DNA of 64,000 nucleotides from Calditrichales bacterium (GTDB lineage Bacteria > Calditrichota > Calditrichia > Calditrichales > J004): assembly GCA_965267575.1 (NCBI GenBank), contig OZ254086.1:2624001-2688000 (forward strand). The letters are read 5' to 3'. Positions 56,915 through 64,000 of this stretch are shown here, piece by piece (within the stretch, counting starts at the first letter, position 1; each line of letters starts with the position of its first letter). The notes beneath the pieces are model-generated. The model did not search any database. It saw only the letters and a program-made list of their open reading frames with translations, and was not told the DNA's origin. Made by a program: the position numbers and the translations under genes.

Positions 56915-58687
56915 TCAATCCACTTCCAGGGTATTCATAAGAGTCATCATAAAAATAGCATCCGCGCTGCCGTCTATGGTTGGCTCGTTGGTGGAATAAT
57001 CGCCGATGTCATCGTGGTAGACAATGGGGCCGAACTGGAAAGCGGCAAATTCATCGGGTTGTGTGAGGGTGAGACCGCGCAGGCTGTTGTATATGGATTT
57101 ACGCACGGGCCCGTCCACCAGCCCGCCGGGCACCACACGCTTTGTCAGCGCCCAGACGCTGGTATGCACATCCTCGGGAAACTCACCGTCCGCGGGTAGC
57201 CCGGTAAACATCGATGTGCCCCAGGGATTGCGGCCCCACAGCCAATCCAGGTGCTGCAGCATCAGGTCGCGGTAACGCCGGTCCCCGGTCATTTTTTCGT
57301 ACAGGGCAATCTGCGTGATCAGCGCGGTGGAGAGATTGTTGGAGCACCAGATGAAGGTGGTGCCGACACCAAAAGGATTCTGCGCGGCGCGTTTGCCTAT
57401 GTTTGCAATGTTTTCGCGGTAATAGCAGGCCAGCTCTTCCTGGAACGCTTCATCCACATGCGGGTAGAGCGCGTAGTGGCCCAGGTTTGCGAAAGGGTAG
57501 AGGCGGTAATGGTCGCTGGAATCATGTTGCATCCAGGAGGTAGCGGCGATATCGCGGGCGTACTTTTTGGCGTCGCGCAGGTAGCTTTCATCGCCGGTGA
57601 GGCTGTACAGCTCGGCGGCGGCCCATTCCATGTCATCGGCCCAGGTGTCTTCGTTGTAGCGGTAGGGCGCCTTGTAGGAGTTGCCCTGCTGGTAGCCGGG
57701 GTTTTGTTTACCCAATTTATAAAGTGCGATTGCTTCGTTGCGGCATTGCAGGGTAAACAGGCTGTCGCCGGGCCATACCCGCGCGGCAATGGCCATGGCG
57801 GCGGCACACCGTCCGGCCAGGTTGGCAATGCCGGTGGCGGCACTTTTGTATTGGTTCAACCCCTGCGGGGTGCCCGTGGCAAAATAGGCGGCACGATAGC
57901 TGTTCGGGCCCCAGCCATAGTCGCTGCTGTCGCGATCCGGCCATTTCCAGCCGATGTGGTCACGGTCGTCGGCCACCTGGTGCACGAGGCTGCCGGCGGT
58001 ATGGATTTTGAACAACCATTCCAGACCCCAGCGCGCCTCATCCAAAATATCGGGCAGACCGTTGGCGCCGGGTTGTCCCAGGGCGTTAACACGATCGCTA
58101 AAAATGTGCGGGTTGTGAGCGTAGGCCAGCAGCATGCTCGCCGTGGCATTGGACGACGTGATCAGGTATTTGAGCTGGTCGCCGGCATCGTGCCAGCCGC
58201 CGCTGACTTCCACAAAAGTGGAGTCGGGCATGGGGCCGTAAAAACTGCGCCCGTCGCGCTGGTGGCACACCATATCCAGAAAGGGGTTGTATCCGCAGCG
58301 TTGCTGGCGCATAAACACAAGCATGCTGTCGGGTAAACCGGCGTAGGCGTTTGCGGCAATTGTAAACGGCTGTGATTGTACTTTTGCCTTAGGAAGCCTG
58401 ATGAGATAGCGTCCGCTTTCCTGCCAGCCTGAAAAATCCAGGCGGTAAAAATGGCGTTTGCCCCAGTTTTCGTAGCGACCGGCCAGCCCGGTTTGGCCTA
58501 TGAAAACGACCTTGTTGGTGCGGGCGTCGAGCAGTTCAAAAGGGTCTTCGATTGGCTGCGTGCTAAAGGCCAGCGCCACCTTGCTTTGCCCGGGCAGATA
58601 ACCGGCCTGGTTCAGGCGGATGTGGCTTTGGGCAGCGACGGTGACAGCTAGAAAAAAAGGAATCAAAGCGGCAATTTTTAAACGCAT
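56915..58687 (-). CDS. GH9 glycoside hydrolase with N-terminal Ig-like domain
   Basis: IRLNQAGY, GGWHDAGD, YHDDIGDYSTNEPTI. Confidence 0.92.
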   Translation of the reverse strand: MRLKIAALIPFFLAVTVAAQSHIRLNQAGYLPGQSKVALAFSTQPIEDPFELLDARTNKVVFIGQTGLAGRYENWGKRHFYRLDFSGWQESGRYLIRLPKAKVQSQPFTIAANAYAGLPDSMLVFMRQQRCGYNPFLDMVCHQRDGRSFYGPMPDSTFVEVSGGWHDAGDQLKYLITSSNATASMLLAYAHNPHIFSDRVNALGQPGANGLPDILDEARWGLEWLFKIHTAGSLVHQVADDRDHIGWKWPDRDSSDYGWGPNSYRAAYFATGTPQGLNQYKSAATGIANLAGRCAAAMAIAARVWPGDSLFTLQCRNEAIALYKLGKQNPGYQQGNSYKAPYRYNEDTWADDMEWAAAELYSLTGDESYLRDAKKYARDIAATSWMQHDSSDHYRLYPFANLGHYALYPHVDEAFQEELACYYRENIANIGKRAAQNPFGVGTTFIWCSNNLSTALITQIALYEKMTGDRRYRDLMLQHLDWLWGRNPWGTSMFTGLPADGEFPEDVHTSVWALTKRVVPGGLVDGPVRKSIYNSLRGLTLTQPDEFAAFQFGPIVYHDDIGDYSTNEPTIDGSADAIFMMTLMNTLEVD

Positions 58688-58758
58688 GACTTAATCCTGG
58701 TTTTTTTGAATAGAAGAATATGAGGAAAAAAGGTGTTTTATGAAACAGAGAAAAAATT

Positions 58759-58786
58759 GTAGAGACGCAAAATCTTGCGTCTCTAC
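58759..58786. repeat. GTAG-tagged REP
   Basis: GTAGAGACGCAAAATCTTGCGTCTCTAC. Confidence 0.9.
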
Positions 58787-58861
58787 GGCAGATGGTCAAA
58801 TAATCGCCTGAATCTTTGACGATTATTCACCTTGCAGATTGTGCACGACATAAATGTCGCG

Positions 58862-59608
58862 CTACTTTTTGCCAAACAGCCGGTCCTTGTAGCGGCGGCT
58901 GAAATTGAGCTCGGCGCCGTTCTTCATCAGTACCACGTAATCGCCGTGTGACCACGGCTGCATCTCTTTTACGAAATTGAGGTTGATGATGTGCGAGCGG
59001 TGGATGCGCCGGAAGCTGTCGGGGTTGAGGCGCTGCTCCAGGCTGCTGAGCGTGTCGCGGGTAAGAAAGCTCTCTTTCATGGTGTGGATCTTGACGTATT
59101 TTTCTTCGGCGGAGAGATAGACGATAGCGTCGCAATCGACAAAAAAATAACGCTCGCCCTCATTGACGATCAGCCGTTGCAGAAATTCTTTCCTTTTTCC
59201 GACCTGTTGAAGCAGACTGTTTAGCAGCGCCGCCCGATCGTTTTTTTGCTGCAGGTGGTTTAAGGCCCGGTCAAAGGCTTTTCGGAAACGGGCTTCATCG
59301 AAAGGTTTGAGCAGGTAGTCCAGCGCTTGCACCTCGAACGCGTCAATGGCAAACTCGTCGTAGGCGGTGACAAAAATAACCGGCGGCATGTCGGCCACTC
59401 CCACGGCTTCAATCACCTCAAAACCGGTCATGCGTGGCATCTGGATATCGAGAAAAATGAGGTCCGGTGGCTTGCTTTTGATCTGTTCCAGCGCCTGCAG
59501 ACCGTTTTCCGCCTCAGTGATGGTATGGTCGCTGTTTTGCAGGTAGGAACGGATTTTCTTACGGGCGGCCGCTTCGTCATCCACCACCAGGATATGCAGT
59601 TTATTCAT
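58862..59608 (-). CDS. LytTR-family response regulator
   Basis: VDDE, FLDIQMP, TAYD, DYLLKP, FRRIHRS. Confidence 0.95.
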   Translation of the reverse strand: MNKLHILVVDDEAAARKKIRSYLQNSDHTITEAENGLQALEQIKSKPPDLIFLDIQMPRMTGFEVIEAVGVADMPPVIFVTAYDEFAIDAFEVQALDYLLKPFDEARFRKAFDRALNHLQQKNDRAALLNSLLQQVGKRKEFLQRLIVNEGERYFFVDCDAIVYLSAEEKYVKIHTMKESFLTRDTLSSLEQRLNPDSFRRIHRSHIINLNFVKEMQPWSHGDYVVLMKNGAELNFSRRYKDRLFGKK

Positions 59609-60734
59609 GCAACGCTTCCTTTTTTACGGGGCTGCGGCGAAAGGGCAGATGTAACGTCACCCGTAATCCGCCTAGCGGACTTTTTGAAAAAGCGATTTCC
59701 TGGTCGTCACCATAAAGCTGGCTCAGCCTGTCCATCGTCGCGGTAAGGCCAAAGCCGTTTTGCAGCATATTTTGGTCAGGCCGGTTCATGCCCGGGCCGT
59801 CATCATCCAGGGTGATTTTTAAGTCGCCGTTTTCACCCGCAGCGCTGATCGTGATGCACACCTTGTCAGCCTGCTCAAAACTGTACTTGATGGAATTTTC
59901 CAGCAGCGGCTGCAGAATAAATCCCGGTACGATGGCAGCGCGCGCCGCTTCCTGCACATTTTTTTCTATGATCAGATTATCGCCAAAACGGGCCTTCATG
60001 ATGGCCAGGTAATAATCGCTTATCTCCAGTTCATCCTCCAGGCTGTGTTCCTCAAAGCCTTTGCTATCCAGCGTCAGTCGCAGCAAGTCGCTCAGGTTAG
60101 CGATCATACTGTCGGCCGCCTTAGGATTTTCATACAGCGTGGATGAAATCATATTGAGCGTGTTGAACAGGAAATGGGGATTGAGCTGCATTTGCAGGGC
60201 TTTCAGGCGGGCCTGGGAAAGCTGTTGCTGCAGCCGCGCGAAGTACACCTTTTGAGCCTCACGTTCGCGGCGCGCCCGGAAGAAGGCATTCACCGCGTAA
60301 ACCGTCCAGTAGGTAAAAAACTGGTGCGTAAACTCCATCGGGAAGCGGTAGCGCATCAGGCCGTAATCGTAGCTGCCCCAGCCGGCCAGGGCGTAAATGG
60401 CGCTGCGGCTGCCCAGCATCAGCAGGGTGTGCGAGACCCCGAAAACCACGCTGCCGGCAAGGTGCAGGGGCAGGTGGCTGAGCACGTTTTCTTTTGTAAT
60501 TTGAAATTTTTCTATGAACCAGATGAGCGCCGGCAGCAGCACGAGCACGGAATAGGCGCCGGTGGTTTCCATGATGAAGTAAAACAGGTAACGGCCGCTG
60601 CCGCCCTCGGCCAGATCGAGCGTGAAAAAGCGCGTCCAGTTGAACAGTGCGATCACGGTGAAGACGGCAAAAAGGATCAGCCAGGTTTTGCCGTCCCCGG
60701 TGAATTTTTGTGGATGTTTCTGGTGTTGACTCAT
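59601..60734 (-). CDS. LytS-type sensor histidine kinase
   Basis: TM N-terminus, QLNPHFLFNTLN, LQPLLENSIK, DDGPG. Confidence 0.95.
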   Translation of the reverse strand: MSQHQKHPQKFTGDGKTWLILFAVFTVIALFNWTRFFTLDLAEGGSGRYLFYFIMETTGAYSVLVLLPALIWFIEKFQITKENVLSHLPLHLAGSVVFGVSHTLLMLGSRSAIYALAGWGSYDYGLMRYRFPMEFTHQFFTYWTVYAVNAFFRARREREAQKVYFARLQQQLSQARLKALQMQLNPHFLFNTLNMISSTLYENPKAADSMIANLSDLLRLTLDSKGFEEHSLEDELEISDYYLAIMKARFGDNLIIEKNVQEAARAAIVPGFILQPLLENSIKYSFEQADKVCITISAAGENGDLKITLDDDGPGMNRPDQNMLQNGFGLTATMDRLSQLYGDDQEIAFSKSPLGGLRVTLHLPFRRSPVKKEALHE

Positions 60735-62335
60735 TGTGCAAAACGCGACTTATTTTGTCGCGCGATCTGTAAATATATTTCCGGAAATTCGGCAATCGGG
60801 TTGCGGCAGATATACACCGGCATGCCGCTCTCCCGCGCATAGGGGTTCTCCAAAAGCCCCGCCTCACGCACATCCTTAAAATAGCGATTTACATCTTCGC
60901 TGTCATCATTAATATAGATCAGGATCAGGCTGTCGGGGGTCATGCCAAGCGTATCCGGCGCCCATATGGCAAAGCTGTCGTGAAAACTGATGGCTTCGGG
61001 CAGGCCCATTTTATTGCCATAAAAATTTACAGCCCCGGCCAGGCCATAATTCTCAGCGTAGATTACAATATGGTCTCTTTGGCTTTCGGGTATGGCAAAC
61101 CAGGCTGTTGCCACTACCTGCGTCAGTTCGCGCCAGCCGGTCATGTCGGCGTAATCCTGAGGCAGGTGGTAGACACGGCCGTCTTCCCATGTCACCAGTG
61201 ATTCGAGTCCGTAGCTCGCGGCGGCCGCAGAGTAATCTACCATTTTATCCATCTTGAGCAAAGGCAGGGCGAAGGGCAGCACCGGCAGGTTGGCCAGCAT
61301 AATAAAGGCCAGCAGCAGCGGCTTGATGAACGCTTTTTTTGCACGAAACCATCTTTCAAAGGCCACACCGCCGATGGCAAACAGGCCGCTGTAAATGCCC
61401 AGCGTGTAGTAGGCCTTGGCCTGGACCAGCGCCAGCCCGAAGATAATGATCAGCGTCGCATAGCCCAGCGCGCGCAGGCGGGTTTCACCTTTGCTGAACA
61501 GAAGGAAAAAGAGCCCGCCCAGCCACAGCGGCAGTGCGTGCAGGTTCATCAATCCCTGCATGAACATAAAGCCGCCAAAGGAGACATTGACAAACTGCGT
61601 TTCGGCCAGCTCGCTGATGTGGTGGAAGACAATCCAGTTGTGCGTGTGCTGCCAGATGATGTTGGGCAGGATGATCAGGAAACCCAGTCCCAGGCCGTAC
61701 AACGTGTAGCTTGAGAACAACAGGCGGCGCCGCGGCGTGAGCAGCAAACCGGCCACAAAAGGCAGGGCAAAAATCACCATGGAATACTTATTGAGAAAAC
61801 CCAGCCCCCAGGCTACGGCGATGTAGAGCCAATAGCGCGGCTCGTTTTGTGAGATCATTTTAACGATAAGGAAAAAGCTGAGCAGCCAGAAGAACTGGTC
61901 GTACGAAACCGGTTGCAGCAGGCTGTTGCTGCGCAAAAAAGCCACCGAAAAGAGAAAAGCCGATCCCGCGAGAAGCAGGGCCCAGGTGGAGCCGCGCAGG
62001 GTTTTGACAATCAGGCCGATTAAATAAAGAGATGCCGCTCCGGTCAGGGCCGGAAACAGGCGGTAGGCAAAAATGGATTCGCCAAAAAGCAGCGCGCTGA
62101 TTTTAGCCATGAAGGCGGTGAAGGGCGGTGTGGACCAGTAGCCAAAAGCCAGGTGGTTGGATTGGGCGATGTAAAGGTAAGCGTCGCGGTGCAGCTCATA
62201 GTTGCTGCTGGTGAGGAAGTGCGCCAGCAGCTTTAGGATAATGAGCGCCGCCAAAACCAGGTTGAAGTTGGTGAGGATTTTGCTCCGTGACGGCGCGTTT
62301 TTTGTTAAAGTTTGGTGATTAATTGTTTTGTGCAT
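60731..62335 (-). CDS. GT-C fold glycosyltransferase (GT39/ArnT/PMT-like)
   Basis: LHRDAYLY, LAFGY..PP, GFLNKYS, PNIIWQ, KAYY; SD before the ATG at 62335; overlaps the kinase start. Confidence 0.85.
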   Translation of the reverse strand: MHKTINHQTLTKNAPSRSKILTNFNLVLAALIILKLLAHFLTSSNYELHRDAYLYIAQSNHLAFGYWSTPPFTAFMAKISALLFGESIFAYRLFPALTGAASLYLIGLIVKTLRGSTWALLLAGSAFLFSVAFLRSNSLLQPVSYDQFFWLLSFFLIVKMISQNEPRYWLYIAVAWGLGFLNKYSMVIFALPFVAGLLLTPRRRLLFSSYTLYGLGLGFLIILPNIIWQHTHNWIVFHHISELAETQFVNVSFGGFMFMQGLMNLHALPLWLGGLFFLLFSKGETRLRALGYATLIIIFGLALVQAKAYYTLGIYSGLFAIGGVAFERWFRAKKAFIKPLLLAFIMLANLPVLPFALPLLKMDKMVDYSAAAASYGLESLVTWEDGRVYHLPQDYADMTGWRELTQVVATAWFAIPESQRDHIVIYAENYGLAGAVNFYGNKMGLPEAISFHDSFAIWAPDTLGMTPDSLILIYINDDSEDVNRYFKDVREAGLLENPYARESGMPVYICRNPIAEFPEIYLQIARQNKSRFAQ

Positions 62336-62376
62336 TTTTGCGCTCCCCTTAAAAATGTATTGCTTTATACGTCTTA

Positions 62377-62444
62377 AGGATAGCAAATTTTTAAAACGGC
62401 GTCAGGCAAAAGTCGCAAGCGGGATTTTGAGTAGCCTGAGCGGG
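62377..62444 (-). promoter_or_regulatory. Putative LytTR operator and extended -10 for the GT39-HK-RR operon
   Basis: - strand CCCGCTCA-N13-CCCGCTTG (62444-62416); TGcTATCCT at 62385-62377. Confidence 0.55.
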
Positions 62445-62524
62445 GTAGTGCCTGGTCTTACGACGAATGCGATCAGCGTGGAAATTGTTTTCAAGTTGGC
62501 TTCCAAAGAGTGCATGCTAATCGG

Positions 62525-63429
62525 TTAACCCACAACTTTAGTCGTGGGGCTTTTTAGCTTCCCAGATTATAATACACCGATTCATCGGTTTTGTAACACC
62601 CCTTTTTATGCTGTACCTGACGGTACAGTTGGGTGAATTTTTTGGCGTGGTGCTACCCTTGTTTTGTCCCTTCGGGACTATTGACAAAGCTACCTGTTAC
62701 ATAATTATTGCCAGAGATGCCAACTACCATCCGTCCCGTTAGGGACAAAATATTGGTAGCTTTTGTAGTAACAATAATTTTACCCATCTGTACCGTCAGG
62801 TACAGCACAATGCGGCTGCCGGCAAATGCTCATCATAACCCCACACACACCGGCGTTTTGAAACCGATGAATCGGTTATATCACGATATAAATTGTCATC
62901 AAACCCCACGACTGAAGGCGTGGGTTAACAGGGCGGGAGCTTTAAAAACAGGGCTGACCAAAGCTTGCATGTTCTAAAGGCTACGCACCCATCTGTCCCG
63001 AAGAGACACCACAAGCCTAGCAATCCCTCGGCAAAATACCCGGTAGGAAAATCCCGCGCCTGAAGGCGTGGGTTAACAGATGAAACTTCTAAAAAAAGAG
63101 CTGTGAAAGAAATTGCATAATCTTGGGTAATGATTTTTCTGTCCCGAAGGGACAAAACAAGGGTAGAATCCGGATATTAATTTTACCCACCTGTACCGTC
63201 AGGCACAACATAGTGCAACGCCGGCACATGCATCGTGCCTTACATCTGTCCCGTCCCCCCGGTAAACGGTTCTGAGGACTGCAACAGGTAGCAAAACCAC
63301 ACGACTGAAGTCGTGGGTTAAAAAGCGGGTGGCAAATTAACGTTGTCAATAATACCGCATATGTCCCGAAGGGACACCATATGGGTAGCACAAGATGTTA
63401 ATTTAGATAATCTGTACCGTCAGGTACAG
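62525..63429. repeat. ~900-bp mosaic of two palindromic repeat families
   Basis: CCCACGACTGAAGTCGTGGG and AACCGATNNATCGGTT copies interleaved with TGTCCCGAAGGGACA and CTGTACCGTCAGGTACAG copies. Confidence 0.88.
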
Positions 63430-63491
63430 AACAGGGCCCGGGTAAGAGAGATCATGATAAAGATTAAGAAAATGAAAAGACAAATAAAAAC

Positions 63492-63998
63492 CTACTCAAA
63501 CGTCAGGCTATAAAGCACCACCAGGTAAACCAAACGCTGCACCCGCTTCAACCCGCGCTGCCCGGCACTCTCCCGCCAACTTTGGGAGACAATGGCCCGC
63601 AACGCCGGCAGCAACTCCACGATCGATCGGATTTCCGAAGCATAGCGGCCGCGCTTTTTATCCAGGAAGCGTTGCAACAGACGCAGCAGCAACGGCGCCA
63701 GCAGGTAATACCACAGCACGGTCACAATAACCGCGCGCAGCAGCATCAAAGCAATCTTCCCGCCGTAGCCTTCTGAAAAAGCACCTGTGGTGTAAGACAA
63801 AACCAAAAGTATAACCAGCACCGCAAACAGGGCTATGACCGTGGGACGGAACTTGCGCCGCTTTGCCCGTGCCGGTGCGCCGGATTCCGGCGCTGCTTGC
63901 GCGTTTATCGTTTTCGCCTGCGGCATATCGCGTATGATGGCATTTCCCAGCCGCGGTGCCTGGAAACCCACAAACAGACCCATCAGCAGGTGCGCCAG
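63492..63998 (-). CDS. Membrane protein of unknown function (partial, 3' end)
   Basis: Frame is open to the window edge; hydrophobic segments; no recognisable motif. Confidence 0.65.
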   Translation of the reverse strand: MAHLLMGLFVGFQAPRLGNAIIRDMPQAKTINAQAAPESGAPARAKRRKFRPTVIALFAVLVILLVLSYTTGAFSEGYGGKIALMLLRAVIVTVLWYYLLAPLLLRLLQRFLDKKRGRYASEIRSIVELLPALRAIVSQSWRESAGQRGLKRVQRLVYLVVLYSLTFE

Positions 63999-64000
63999 CA

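Noticed and set aside
57251..58336. Long antisense ORFs (also 2758-3552, 8510-9394, 34959-35891, 36925-37845, 51048-51941)
   Set aside because: Shadows of well-supported genes in GC-rich coding DNA.
62525..63429. CRISPR or integron attC array; ORFs 62708, 62925 and 63089
   Set aside because: Irregular spacing, mixed families and orientations, no cassette genes or integrase; the ORFs are translations of repeats.

Overview
Chromosomal window (about 55% GC by eye) from a Gram-negative bacterium. A FlgD/T9SS-like C-terminal sorting domain, a PF14121-like porin and golvesin-domain proteins suggest a Calditrichota/FCB-like lineage (inference). It holds about 45 CDS and one SRP RNA; no tRNA, rRNA, CRISPR array or transposase was found. 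Main blocks: (1) an unusual export operon, TolC - MFP - RND - RND fused to an intact ABC ATPase - ABC-2-type permease, downstream of a golvesin-domain gene; (2) msrPQ, a decayed PIN toxin-antitoxin remnant, an amidase/golvesin/FN3 lipoprotein and a CPA2 antiporter; (3) ffs-dnaX-ybaB-recR with an A10 slippage run in dnaX; (4) PMM, divergent UNG, DHS-like, gmhD; (5) a cusCBA-like copper operon preceded by a Cys-rich leader ORF and a predicted SD-sequestering RNA fold; (6) a GH3-GH30-GH5 cluster bracketed by ~260-bp direct repeats; (7) trhP, copB, vapBC, tkt, chrA, GH9 and a GT39-LytS-LytTR operon with a BtsR-like operator. Intergenic DNA is packed with at least eight families of REP-like palindromes. 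The best candidate for an undescribed system is the hybrid RND-ABC exporter, whose ATPase domain appears split by a membrane insert. All calls come from motif reading; no database searches were run.
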